Shown here piece by piece: positions 25,345 through 37,653 of a stretch of 64,000 bases of DNA. This DNA comes from Balanoglossus misakiensis (taxonomy: Eukaryota; Animalia; Hemichordata). A program made the translations under genes and the position numbers. The DNA is taken from NCBI GenBank assembly GCA_040954595.2, contig CM082582.2:3084303-3148302 (forward strand), written 5' to 3'. Each line of letters starts with the position of its first letter. Within the stretch, counting starts at the first letter, position 1. Below the pieces are notes generated by a model, which made no database searches, was not told the DNA's origin, and worked only from the letters and a program-made list of their open reading frames with translations.

Positions 25345-26497
25345 TGTCGATGAACAGCAGCATTTAGAGACAACCATCGGACAGGAGTCGGCTTTTTCAA
25401 TTTCACCTCCGTACTGTCGATAACATCTTGCATGGCTCGCAGTCGTTCGTAACGCTGGGCAGATGCGTCAAAATAATGGAAGACCTGATTGACTGTCTTG
25501 ATATTGGTCAATTAGCTTCACCGATGCTGCAGCTTGCGAACTGACCAATGCAAGTCTGTGGGCAAGGCAGTGAATGTGGATGAGATACGGAACGTCTGCC
25601 TTCAATCTCACGCCGATGCCACTTCTCTGACCTGTCATGACAGCCGCTCCGTCACTACCGAGTCGGACCAACTTATTCAGTTGAATATTGTTGTCCCGGA
25701 AATATTGGCAAACAGCAAGGTAGATCGTTTCAGCTTTTCCATCAGTGACATTTATGTTCCCAGCGAAACACGTTTGAACTCTTCTATTTAACACTAACTT
25801 AATATACAGATCCAATTTCTAGAAAACAGCGATGTCGATACTTTCGTCTAATTGTAGCCCAACAAATTTACTCTGTCCGATTTCAGTGCTGATTTCAGCT
25901 TTGATGACCTTGTCAATGGAATCTTGCATCTCAGAAACGATTTCGTGGTGACTGTAAAGATTAGCGCCAACTATAGCAGGGCAGTCATTTAGTCGTTGTA
26001 TGTTCAATAAACTTGAAAATAAATGGGACGGAAGCTCTTTCTTCATAAGCCAGTACGAAGTTGTGCTGTCACGGTATCGTCGCTAGATTTGCTTGCATTC
26101 TTTGCCGCCACTACAAAATTCTGTTTCAGCGTGAGCTCTTTCTGTGACTCAATATGATCTTTACTTTCATTATGGAAAACGAGAGCAGACCTTTGATAAT
26201 TTGTACATCGTGATGTAAATCTGTTTTTTTTTACTTTGTGCGACGGCATACGTTACATATCATCTTTGGAGTAGCTGTTGACGGGTCGTCAACTGTCAAC
26301 CATTGGAACTGATTCTCCCATTCCCGCTGGTACCGCTTAGCACGCGAATTACGCCGATTTAGACCCGTCTCACCTGCATCGCTTGAGCCGCTATCACTCT
26401 GAGACTGTTGGTTCTGCTCAGGTTCGCGTGTTGGTGATCCTGTTTTGCGTCGTTTAGAAACGTTAAAGTCAAACAGAGAAAGCTGTCTTCCGGCCAT
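25345..26497 (-). pseudogene. hAT transposase (ZNF862/C17orf113-like), frameshifted and 3'-truncated
   Basis: Consecutive ORF pieces give a TTF-type zinc finger (YQREWENQFQWL...MICNVC...H..SKDH), LDES (first catalytic D), GSDGAAVMTG (second D), HCLAHRLAL (CxxH) and VRWLS. The sequence ends abruptly at the Crypton element. Confidence 0.9.
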
Positions 26498-26913
26498 GAT
26501 TTATGACGAACGAACGATTTGCCGTTATTTTTATTGCGTCCAAATTTTACTTTTTATTTCAAATTTAGTACCGTTAGGCCTCATTTGCATATCAATCGCG
26601 TTGCTAACGTCGTGCAAGCGTTCATGAGTACGCAGAGTGGACAAACTTCGTAACATTTTAGGTAACTTGTTTTTGACACGCGCATGACCTGATGCGCTTG
26701 CAACATTGTTTGTTTTACCTCAGAATTCCAGACGCGCAGCGCAAGCGGAGTCATGATACTGATATAGTTGCCTAGCTACTGCAGATCAATAGCCACTTTT
26801 AGCCGGCATGAGAAACGTTTGCGCGCAGTGCTCGCAACGGCGCGTCTTTTCTTGCGTGCAATCATTACAATCTTGCGTGAAAACGTAAATAATCTGTGCT
26901 AACGCGAACCCTG
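25345..26913 (-). mobile_element. hAT DNA transposon, 5' portion
   Basis: The minus strand begins CAGGGTTCGCG at 26913, a hAT-type terminus, ~415 bp upstream of the transposase ATG. The other end is not seen. Confidence 0.7.
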
Positions 26914-27777
26914 AATTTGATGATCACAAGGTACTGGTGTTGAAAATTCAACTCCCAACCCTGTAATAAAATAGTTACAAATAAAAGTCAGCAACATCAC
27001 TACTAAAATGTGAAATGTTACAAAAACAAAGTGGACATGAACTGCATAGGATTTACTAGTATTAAACTACATGAGACAGAGCTAAACTATTGCATGATGC
27101 ACATATTTATCACTGTTGTAAAACTTACATTTCAGGTGATTGGTGCTAAATATCATGGTCACTATTAAATAAATGCCAATAACAACCGCCAGCGATCAAC
27201 ATCTTAGATACTAGTATTTGGGGTCACTTGACTTGAAAGAACATCACAATTGTATAACTTGTGTGGGTGACGATGGAATAAGAACACTTACTCGGAACAC
27301 TGGCTTTAAAACTGTCGTCCAGTACAACCTCTCCACACACTGTGTCAAACTCGGCACCCTGCAACTCGCTTTCGAGAACGTCTGACGCAGGTTCCTTAGA
27401 CATCTTGTCTGGTTTCGAAGTAGGGATATCTGAGTCATACCGAAGACGTTTCCTACACTTAGGAGCTGGTCTGTGTCTGTGTGATAGGGGCTTTCCCCAG
27501 TTGTTGTACTCGAACAAGGTTGGTACTGGATGGTTAGGTGAAGGGCCCTGACCCCCTTCAAAATGTCGCGAACACAACCTGGAGAATTTGTTGGCCTTCC
27601 AACACGGTTCTCTCCTTACCATACGAATCAATTGTAATCGCTGCCGCCGAGACTTAGGCTACTCTCATTGGGAAACGGATGGAAAGTAACATTTTGCATC
27701 CATGGATATTTTTGCAGTTTTTTCAGCTTTGCAGTGGCAGAATTGCAACCAGGAGCGTTACAAAAGAAATTAGGCAT
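26914..27777 (-). pseudogene. THAP-domain gene remnant, probably from a Harbinger/ISL2EU- or P-type transposon; spliced and frameshifted
   Basis: ATG at 27777 gives MPNFFCNAPGC...TFHPFP, then a frameshift, then ...IRMVRREPCW...SRLCSRHF...PVPTLF, the THAP C2CH signature. GTAAGT donors at ~27291 and ~27128, acceptor TTATTACAG at ~26961. Interrupted by the hAT end at 26913. Confidence 0.8.
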
Positions 27778-28334
27778 CTTTTGGACGTGTCCGCTTCTAA
27801 AAGTTCCAAAATTTGAAAAATAAATACTTATAGGACGTCTCCTTCTCCAGACGATCGATTTCTTACATCTAAGCGGCAGCCATTTTATACAGCGCCCTCA
27901 AACGGTGTTCAACCCCAATAATCTTTCGTTTTCATGCATCTCGAATATCGCGTATTGCGGTCCGTGTAGCGATCGCGGTTAACCGCGTAAACAACGTACG
28001 GGTACACGGGAGAATCGCACGCTCCCCAGAGTTTGGCAACTCTGCCCAGTGTAGCCAGAAAGTCACCAGCGCCGTGCGGAATAAAGCTGTACACTTACCG
28101 CTAGCCCAGAAAAGACAAATAGGAAAACAGAACCGAAATACTATTTGATATAGAATTTATATGTACGTTTAATTTCTAATATTTCGTTATTTAACCCGAG
28201 AGACACAATTACTTGGTGGAGTATGTTCATTCGATGGACCGGAAGACTGATATATCTTCAACCGAGTACGGACAGGTGTTATTTGAGAGACTCTCAACGG
28301 ACAACTGCGATTCCCCAGCGAGCTCCCCAAATGA

Positions 28335-29250
28335 GCAGGGCATATTTTCGAAGAAGTTGCAGAATATTTGTCGATTTAGGTACATGTAGTGATAGTTTTA
28401 CCAAGCGAAAGCTTGTATTTATTCTCAATCAATAAACCAATTCACATGGATTGTGCCGCTACTGTCTTGTGTAAAACGGTTTAAAAGTGGTATGCACTTC
28501 CGGAATCATGTCCTTGTATGCGCACCAGGGGTGCGTTCGACGTACGAAGCGTTCGGGAACGTTCGGAAACGTTTTCATGTAAAACGATCTTTTGTCATTG
28601 TTTTTCGCGAACGTTTTGTAACAATGGAAGGCGTAAGACGGAGGTGACTCGCGGCGAACATCTCATTAATTCAAAATGGCGGACATGTAAGCCGAAGTAC
28701 GACTCGCAGGGCATATTTTCGAAGAAGTTGCAGAATATTTGTCGATTTATGTAGTGATAGTTTTTCCAAGCGAAAGCTTGTATTTTTTCTCAATCAATAA
28801 ACCAATTCACAGGGATTGTGCCGCTACTGTCTTGTGTAAAACAGTTTAAAAGTGGTATGGACTTCCGGAATCATGTCCTTGTATGCGCACCGGGACGTTC
28901 TTGCTGACGGCCGCTGTCTCTGAAAAACCAAAGGTCATTGACGGCGCCCTCTTGTGAGAGGCAAGCTTATCGTTCGACGAAGTACAAAAGCGCCCTGCGC
29001 AAGCATTCACAAAACGCTTTGTGCGTCGAACGCACCCCAGGACGTTCTTGCTGACGGCCGCCTCTGTAAAGCCAAAGGTCATTGACGGCGCCCTCTTCAG
29101 AGGCAAGCTTATCGTTCGACGAAGTACAAAAGCGCCCGGAGCAAGCATTCACAAAACGCTTTGTGCGTCGAACGCACCCCAGTATTTTACCATGGCTGGA
29201 TTCAGCTCTCGTCCAATCAGAATCGCAGACGGTAGCATGATATAATATAA
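28335..29250. repeat. Element remnant with internal direct repeats (~190 bp x2 and 147 bp x2)
   Basis: 28335-28526 matches 28706-28891, and 28893-29039 matches 29040-29182. The right end (minus strand TATTATATCATG...GATTGG) resembles the CCAAT-bearing ends of the Crypton-like elements. Confidence 0.8.
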
Positions 29251-29311
29251 TCTACTTTGCGTGTTCCCTGGGGAACTCCTGTAAAATGACCGGGGAACTC
29301 CGGTGTGCAGT

Positions 29312-29850
29312 TAGTCTCGGTTACCCAGACTCTCTTACTCTTTCTCTCGTCTCAAGAGGGCGCTGCGGAGAAAGAGAGTCTGGGATCACTGCACGTTAAA
29401 TTTTCCGCGAACCGGAAGCATCTTTTAGTAATCGAGCGGTGCACCATGGACCCAATAACAAATCGCAGGGAATAGAGGAATGAATCGTGTTGTTGTTGTT
29501 GATGATGATAAAAACATTTAAAAAAAAATAATTTGTCATTTCCTGCCACCGAAATCGTGGAAAACACGGCCTAGGTCGCCCAACGTCACTCGTGGAAAAC
29601 ATGACCTAGGTCGGCCAACGAAATGACAAATTAATTTTTTTTAAATGTTTTTATCATCATCAACAACAACAACACGATTCATTCCTCTATTCCCTGCGAT
29701 TTGTTATTGGGTCCATGGTGCACCGCTCGATTACTAAAAGATGCTTCCGGTTCGCGGAAAATTTAACGTGCAGTGATCCCAGACTCTCTTTCTCCGCAGC
29801 GCCCTCTTGAGACGAGAGAAAGAGTAAGAGAGTCTGGGTAACCGAGACTA
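29312..29850. mobile_element. Foldback MITE with 9-bp TSD and TAG...CTA termini (AcademH-like; MULE not excluded)
   Basis: Near-perfect ~230-bp TIRs starting TAGTCTCGGTTACCCAGACTC. Exact TSD GTGTGCAGT at 29303-29311 and 29851-29859. Confidence 0.9.
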
Positions 29851-30084
29851 GTGTGCAGTCGGCCCAAGTGGAAGTTTCCCCGGAGGGGGGCAAAACACAG
29901 CTTGCTATATTTTACGTGAATAAATTACTGTGCTTATAGAAAATAACTTCAATGAGCTACTTGCCAAGATTTTACAATGAACGAAGTTGTCAGAGCGAGA
30001 AATTGTCATTTCAAAAGTACAGAACTTTGTACAGTGTACGGCAGTTCGTATGGCCGCCATATTGGATTCTGAACTCCCTATTTT

Positions 30085-31105
30085 GAGAAGAATTATAAAC
30101 ATACAGAACTGTGTGAGGTTAACATAAGGTACATGCATACCTATTTTCAAAGTCAATATGACCAGTGGTTGTTGAGTTTCTAAATTTTAACCAATTTCAC
30201 GTTTTCTCAGCATATTTGTATATTTTTGGCAATGAAAACTTCATTTGAACAAACTCCCATCTACAGCCCTTAATGCATCTGCACACCAAATATGAAGGTT
30301 ATACGCGCCGCCACAGACAAAGAGAAACAGACTAGCAACGCTATTGTCAAAAGGTGTGAGGTACATCTCCTAATCCCCCTGTGCCTGTCTTGGCTAGCCT
30401 TCAAGGTGCAGCTTGTCTCCGAAGATTTCCGAACATACCCACTTCGGCAATGTCCGGAATTTTCCCGATAATAAAATGAAAGTGTTTTCGTGAAAGTTCG
30501 TGTTGTTGTTGTCAGTCAGCTGTAGACGGAAGGCGAGTGGACAGTGAAAATTGGAGGAAGTTTGAGCATCGGAGCGATGAGTTTTACCATTTTAATAAAA
30601 ACTTATGAATATATAATAAGTGTGTTCGATCGTAAATTTGAAAAGGTTTAATCATCAATCTCGATTTTTTGGATTAGATTCCTGTTCGCCGAATCGTGTT
30701 CTGTAAACCTGCATGGGTTGTAAGTGTAAATTTAACTTCTAATGTGTAAAATTTGGTTGTCGTCAAGTAGTGTTTCAGTCGAGTCCTGATTGCAAAGCTG
30801 TGTCAGGCAAGGTACTGCAGCTGTCGATAATGACGCAACCGCAAAATATTCTGGGAAGTCTCCTCTGTGTCTAACCCATTTGACACATTTGAAGCCTATT
30901 GTTTGCCGTTGTTTGCCGAGGTGAACAAGACATCAAAGTGACATGCCGCGTTGCTAGTCTGTTTTTTCACTTTGTCTGTGGCGCTGCGGTTTTCAAGTTT
31001 TTGATGTGGGCGGACGTACCTGACATACATCCATCCATCTATACAGACGCAACCGATCCCATAAGGTCCCACTGGTAAATCTATATCTATACCAAAATGG
31101 GACCA
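30085..31105 (-). mobile_element. HINE element (GGTCCCA/TGGGACC family)
   Basis: Homologous to 37330-37653 (AACAAACTCCCATCTACAGCCCT...CATCTGCACACCAAATA, CATC microsatellite, GACGCAACCGATCCCATAAGGTCCCA...TGGGACC plus A-run). The left boundary is approximate. Confidence 0.7.
30312..30980. mobile_element. MITE with 7-bp TSD and CA...TG ends (P-element-like)
   Basis: TIRs CACAGACAAAG..AAACAGACTAGCAACGC. TSD GCGCCGC/GCGCTGC. The homologous empty site ATAC-GCGCAGC-GGTTTT is seen at ~37515. Confidence 0.75.
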
Positions 31106-32254
31106 AATAAAAAACACGATTTTAAGAGGGTTTTGAGAAACTTGTACATGTACTATGTTGCCAGCCACCACAGCCCCACATCAATCATCTCAGAGAGTCA
31201 TAATGTGCTGATCGGACCTTTGACTCTATAATTGCTCTGACATTGACTTCAAATGTTGAGGTTTATTTGCAATGAAACAAGGTTGAATTCTCGTTTTTCA
31301 CTTGGTACAGTGACAAACTTAGACATAGAATGCCATGGTGCTATTCTCTAGCATTGTTGATGGAGAAAGAATAGGTGACCAGTTCTGCGAAGCAGCTGAC
31401 CAGATGTTTTGATGTCCCTGCTTATAGTGAGAACTCCGAATTTTATATCTGCTGGCCAAGAATTATAGTCCAAATTGCATTGTTTGGTCAATTACCTCTG
31501 TATGCCTGATTCTTGATGTTGGTAAAAACCATAAACAACCTTGTTTATTTGGGTAGATTTTATGGGACCTTAACATAGTCCTTTGTGGTAGACTTGCATT
31601 ATACAAATGAGGACTAGAGAGAGGGTCAGATTTAAGCACTTTGGGTACAGTTTGATATGACCAAGCTGAGGTTGCATTCTTGCATCTTAAATTTAACATA
31701 CCCCTTTGTGCGAGGGTTACGTCATTATACAAATTTGGACTAATATAGAAGGAGGGTAACACTTATTAAATTTTCTGCTGCTGGGAGAGATCTGCATTTA
31801 ACACGACTGATTGACCCCAATTTCTCGTGCCTCCGCCCTCAGAATAAATAAAAGCTTTGTTACAGCATGGAGGTACTCTCTAGTACCTCCACTGTTACAG
31901 CAACCAATTCTCCCAACCTTAAATAGGTTTTAAGCTACCTAAGTGAGTGATGAAAATCTCATATGGTCAACACAATTTCAAGATGGCCGATTTTTGCCAT
32001 GTTTAAAAAATGGGAGTTCATGAGCCCAAGTGATGATGGGTCATTCTGAAACTTTTTAACACAAAAAATAACAAAATGTGAAAAAAGTTAAAATGAGTTG
32101 CTAACTACAAAAACAGACATGTTTGACCAAAAGAAGTCATGAAATACAGTAAACATATCATTTCTTCTATCTCTTACTACAGTGGGTTGTCGACTTTTCG
32201 CCCAGAATGCAATGTGATTTGACCCCTTGGCGCAAAGTGAAAACCTATTTTTAA

Positions 32255-32933
32255 GGTGGCATCGCATGAAACCATCGAGACTTTTTCAGAGGCCTATTTC
32301 TCATTAAAGACAACGTTAAAACCCCCCTAAACCATATACATTCTGGAAGCTGAGTTTTTGAACTTTTGTTTGAGTTGCATATATTATTGATCCCCAGAAA
32401 TTGTGGCGTTTTGGGGTTAAAAAACCCGTTTTTTGATATTATGTCATTCAGTTTAAATTAGGTAAAAAAGTTGACCATGCATCATGCATCTTAATATGTC
32501 ATTCGAAACTAGAGTACACATGCAAAAAAACGATAATTTTGTTTTGCGTTATCTGCTTCTATTGAGTAGTAACAGCGTTTGAAAGTTAGATTTTAAAAAA
32601 AATTTGATCAAATTCACGGTGAGTTGTATTGAACCAGAGTTTATTCCCGCCAGGGACACATTATCGACTAACAAAAAATCCGTTTTGTTAGATGGGTCAT
32701 ACACAATCCCCTGTTAAAATCTGAGCAAATTCGGCCAACTCAGAGCGAAGCTAAATTCTTCTGAAGTTGTCAAGAGCAGCGAAAATGCAAACTGAGAAAA
32801 GCGGCCATTCGCATTGTTGACACCTATTTGTTAAGCTGTGGACTCGTTCAGAAAAGTGCTATTTTTGGGTGATTATGCACCAATTCCGCCCAGGATGTGG
32901 ATCAGTATTAGACCTACCGATTTATGTAAAAAA
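32255..32933. mobile_element. Kolobok-type MITE, truncated copy
   Basis: Starts TTAA|GGTGGCATCGCATGAAA. Reverse-complement homolog of 49685-50413. The right TIR was lost through the HINE insertion and the duplication junction. Confidence 0.8.
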
Positions 32934-33174
32934 TAGCATCAAGGACACTGTGGTCCCATTTGAGGATTATGCGGAAACAGTGACACACCAGAATAAAAAT
33001 TACAGGTGACATTGCAAGCAGATCTGCAAGCAGCAATAGCGGGCCCAAGCCAACATAGCACATAGCAACATAGCAATAAGCATATCTGCTCTGGATGAAA
33101 ACTTCATTTGAACAAACTCCCATCTACAGCCCTTAATGCATCTGCACACCAAATATGAAGGTTATACGCGCCGC

Positions 33175-33843
33175 CACAGACAAAGAGAAACAGACTAGCA
33201 ACGCTATTGTCAAAAGGTGTGAGGTACATCTCCTAATCCCCCTGTGCCTGTCTTGGCTAGCCTTCAAGGTGCAGCTTGTCTCCGAAGATTTCCGAACATA
33301 CCCACTTCGGCAATGTCCGGAATTTTCCCGATAATAAAATGAAAGTGTTTTCGTGAAAGTTCGTGTTGTTGTTGTCAGTCAGCTGTAGACGGAAGGCGAG
33401 TGGACAGTGAAAATTGGAGGAAGTTTGAGCATCGGAGCGATGAGTTTTACCATTTTAATAAAAACTTATGAATATATAATAAGTGTGTTCGATCGTAAAT
33501 TTGAAAAGGTTTAATCATCAATCTCGCTTTTTTGGATTAGATTCCTGTTCGCCGAATCGTGTTCTGTAAACCTGCATGGGTTGTAAGTGTAAATTTAACT
33601 TCTAATGTGTAAAATTTGGTTGTCGTCAAGTAGTGTTTCAGTCGAGTCCTGATTGCAAAGCTGTGTCAGGCAAGGTACTGCAGCTGTCGATAATGACGCA
33701 ACCGCAAAATATTCTGGGAAGTCTCCTCTGTGTCTAACCCATTTGACACATTTGAAGCCTATTGTTTGCCGTTGTTTGCCGAGGTGAACAAGACATCAAA
33801 GTGACATGCCGCGTTGCTAGTCTGTTTTTTCACTTTGTCTGTG
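33175..33843. mobile_element. Second copy of the P-like MITE (from the tandem duplication)
   Basis: Same sequence and flanks as 30312-30980 at offset 2863. Confidence 0.75.
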
Positions 33844-35797
33844 GCGCTGCGGTTTTCAAGTTTTTGATGTGGGCGGACGTACCTGACATACATCCATCCA
33901 TCTATACAGACGCAACCGATCCCATAAGGTCCCACTGGTAAATCTATATCTATACCAAAATGGGACCAAATAAAAAACACGATTTTAAGAGGGTTTTGAG
34001 AAACTTGTACATGTACTATGTTGCCAGCCACCACAGCCCCACATCAATCATCTCAGAGAGTCATAATGTGCTGATCGGACCTTTGACTCTATAATTGCTC
34101 TGACATTGACTTCAAATGTTGAGGTTTATTTGCAATGAAACAAGGTTGAATTCTCGTTTTTCACTTGGTACAGTGACAAACTTAGACATAGAATGCCATG
34201 GTGCTATTCTCTAGCATTGTTGATGGAGAAAGAATAGGTGACCAGTTCTGCGAAGCAGCTGACCAGATGTTTTGATGTCCCTGCTTATAGTGAGAACTCC
34301 GAATTTTATATCTGCTGGCCAAGAATTATAGTCCAAATTGCATTGTTTGGTCAATTACCTCTGTATGCCTGATTCTTGATGTTGGTAAAAACCATAAACA
34401 ACCTTGTTTATTTGGGTAGATTTTATGGGACCTTAACATAGTCCTTTGTGGTAGACTTGCATTATACAAATGAGGACTAGAGAGAGGGTCAGATTTAAGC
34501 ACTTTGGGTACAGTTTGATATGACCAAGCTGAGGTTGCATTCTTGCATCTTAAATTTAACATACCCCTTTGTGCGAGGGTTACGTCATTATACAAATTTG
34601 GACTAATATAGAAGGAGGGTAACACTTATTAAATTTTCTGCTGCTGGGAGAGATCTGCATTTAACACGACTGATTGACCCAAATTTCTCGTGCCTCCGCC
34701 CTCAGAATAAATGAAAGCTTTGTTACAGCATGGAGGTACTCTCTAGTACCTCCACTGTTACAGCAACCAATTCTCCCAACCTTAAATAGGTTTTAAGCTA
34801 CCTAAGTGAGTGATGAAAATCTCATATGGTCAACACAATTTCAAGATGGCCGATTTTTGCCATGTTTAAAAAATGGGAGTTCATGAGCCCAAGTGATGAT
34901 GGGTCATTCTGAAACTTTTTAACACAAAAAATAACAAAATGTGGAAAAAGTTAAAATGAGTTGCTAACTACAAAAACAGACATGTTTGACCAAAAGAAGT
35001 CATGAAATACAGTAAACATATCATTTCTTCTATCTCTTACTTCAGTGGGTTGTCGACTTTTCGCCCAGAATGCAATGTGATTTGACCCCTTGGCGCAAAG
35101 TGAAAACCTATTTTTAAGGTGGCATCGCATGAAACCATCGAGACTTTTTCAGAGGCCTATTTCTCATTAAAGACAACGTTAAAACCCCCCTAAACCATAT
35201 ACATTCTGGAAGCTGAGTTTTTGAACTTTTGTTTGAGTTGCATATATTATTGATCCCCAGAAATTGTGGCGTTTTGGGGTTAAAAAACCCGTTTTTTGAT
35301 ATTATGTCATTCAGTTTAAATTAGGTAAAAAAGTTGACCATGCATCATGCATCTTAATATGTCATTCGAAACTAGAGTACACATGCAAAAAAACGATAAT
35401 TTTGTTTTGCGTTATCTGCTTCTATTGAGTAGTAACAGCGTTTGAAAGTTAGATTTTAAAAAAAAATTTGATCAAATTCACGGTGAGTTGTATTGAACCA
35501 GAGTTTATTCCCGCCAGGGACACATTATCGACTAACAAAAAATCCGTTTTGTTAGATGGGTCATACACAATCCCCTGTTAAAATCTGAGCAAATTCGGCC
35601 AACTCAAAGCGAAGCTAAATTCTTCTGAAGTTGTCAAGAGCAGCGAAAATGCAAACTGAGAAAAGCGGCCATTCGCATTGTTGACACCTATTTGTTAAGC
35701 TGTGGACTCGTTCAGAAAAGTGCTATTTTTGGGTGATTATGCACCAATTCCGCCCAGGATGTGGATCAGTATTAGACCTACCGATTTATGTAAAAAA

Positions 35798-37653
35798 TAG
35801 CATCAAGGACACTGTGGTCCCATTTGAGGATTATGCGGAAACAGTGACACACCAGAATAAAAATTACAGGTGACATTGCAAGCAGATCTGCAAGCAGCAA
35901 TAGCGGGCCCAAGCCAACATAGCACATAGCAACATAGCAATAAGCATATCTGCTCTGGATGCCAAGATATGGAAAAGTAGGTCAAAGGTCACCTGAGGTT
36001 ATGCAAAATTTGGGCAAGACATTTTGACCCTATACTGGTCCATGTTCAACAAAAACCAAACCTATAGCCCTATTGGTTAGCCTGGAATTAGGTATGCACA
36101 TAATTAATGAGATATGCAGGTGTCACAGGTGACCCTAAATTTTGGCTTTTCAATTTTAGTCCCAACCCTCCAAACTTTGGCTTTTCAATTTTAGTCCCAA
36201 CCCTCCAAACGCCAAGTCTGTACCTGCTCTGGATGTCAAGATATGATAAAGTAGGTCAAAGGTCACCTGAGGTCATGCAAAATTTGGGCAAGAAATTTTG
36301 ACCCTATACTGGTATATGTTCAACAAAAACCAAACCTATAGCCCTATTGGTTAGCCTGGAATTAGGTATGCACATAATTAATGAGATATGCAGGTGTCAC
36401 AGGTGACCCCCAATTTTGGCTTTTCAATTTTAGTCCCAACCCTCCAAACGCCAAGTCTGTACCTGCTCTGGATGCCAAGATATGATAAAGTAGGTCAAAG
36501 GTCACCTGAGGTCATGCAAAATTTGGGCAAGAAATTTTCACCTTATACTGGTCCATGTTCAACAAAAACCAAACCCATAGCCCTATTGGTTAGCCTGGAA
36601 TTAGGTATGCACATAATTAATGAGATATGCAGGTGTCACAGGTGACCCCCCAATTTTGGCTTTTCAATTTTAGTCCCAACCCTCTGAACGCCAAGTCTGT
36701 ACCTGCTCTGGATGCCAAGAAATGGTAAAGTAGGTCAAAGGTCACCTGAGGTTATGCAAAATTTGGGCAAGAAATTTTGACCCTATACTGGTCCATGTTC
36801 AACAAAAACCAAACCTATAGCCCTATTGGTTAGCCTGGAATTAGGTATGCACATAATAAATGAGATATGCAGGTGTCACAGGTGACCAATATTTTGACTT
36901 TTCAATTTTAGTCCCAACCCTCCAAACGCCAAGACTGTACCTGCTCTGGATGCCGAGATATAGGAAAGTAGGTCAAAGGTCACCCAAAATTTGGGCAAGA
37001 AATTTTGACCCTATACTGGTCCATGTCCTACAAGAACGAAACCTCTAGCCCTATTAGTTAGCCCGGAATTAGGTATGCACATAATTAATGTGTTAAGCAG
37101 GTGTTACAGGTGAGCCCAAAATTTTGCCTTTTATTTTGGCCCCATTGTGCTCACTGACAAATAGACAGTCACTGTACAGGACTATTGCACAGACCAGAAT
37201 TCCACAATAAGACGTGGACATAGCTTAACCATAGAGGTATAAGTAAAGGTATAAATTTAATAAAAAGACTAAAAAATTCATAAAAAATAAAACATCCATG
37301 ATATTAACTTAACACTTACAGGTCGATGTGAGGTTGACATATGGTACATGCACACCAATTTTAAAAGCAATCTGACGAGTAGTTGTTGACTTTCAGTGTT
37401 TTGATAAATTTTACATTTTTCCAGCTAATTTGCATATTTTTGGGCCTGGCAACTTCGTTTGGACAAACTCCCATCTACAGCCCTGCCTGCATCTGCACAC
37501 CAAATATTGAGGTGATACGCGCAGCGGTTTTCAAGTGTTTGATGTGGACGGACATACAGACATACATCCATCCATCCATCCATCCATCCATACATACAGA
37601 CGCAACCGATCCCATAAGGTCCCATGGTATATATGCCTATACCAATGGGACCT
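35798..37653 (-). mobile_element. Complete HINE (non-autonomous Helentron) carrying a 240-bp satellite
   Basis: Inserted in an A/T-run with no TSD. subTIRs GGTCCCATT (35816) and AATGGGACC (37644), terminal hairpin AGGTCCCAT...ATGGGACCT, CATC/CAGA microsatellite and central tandem repeats match the DINE-1/HINE layout. Confidence 0.85.
35952..37135. repeat. ~240-bp tandem repeat, about 5 copies, inside the HINE
   Basis: GCTCTGGATG at 35952, 36226, 36465, 36705 and 36944. The first unit has an extra internal duplication. Confidence 0.95.

Larger units (their letters stand above)
30232..35961. repeat. Recent tandem segmental duplication, 2,863-bp unit x2
   Basis: Copy 1 is 30232-33094 and copy 2 is 33095-35958. 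Identical ORFs appear at offset 2863, with only about 7 differences seen by eye. ATG microhomology at the junction. Confidence 0.97.

Noticed and set aside
30896-34625. Duplicated ORF pairs (91 aa and 99 aa) as a gene family
   Set aside because: They are identical only because of the tandem duplication. They have non-ATG starts and no domains, and the 91-aa pair spans MITE/HINE sequence.
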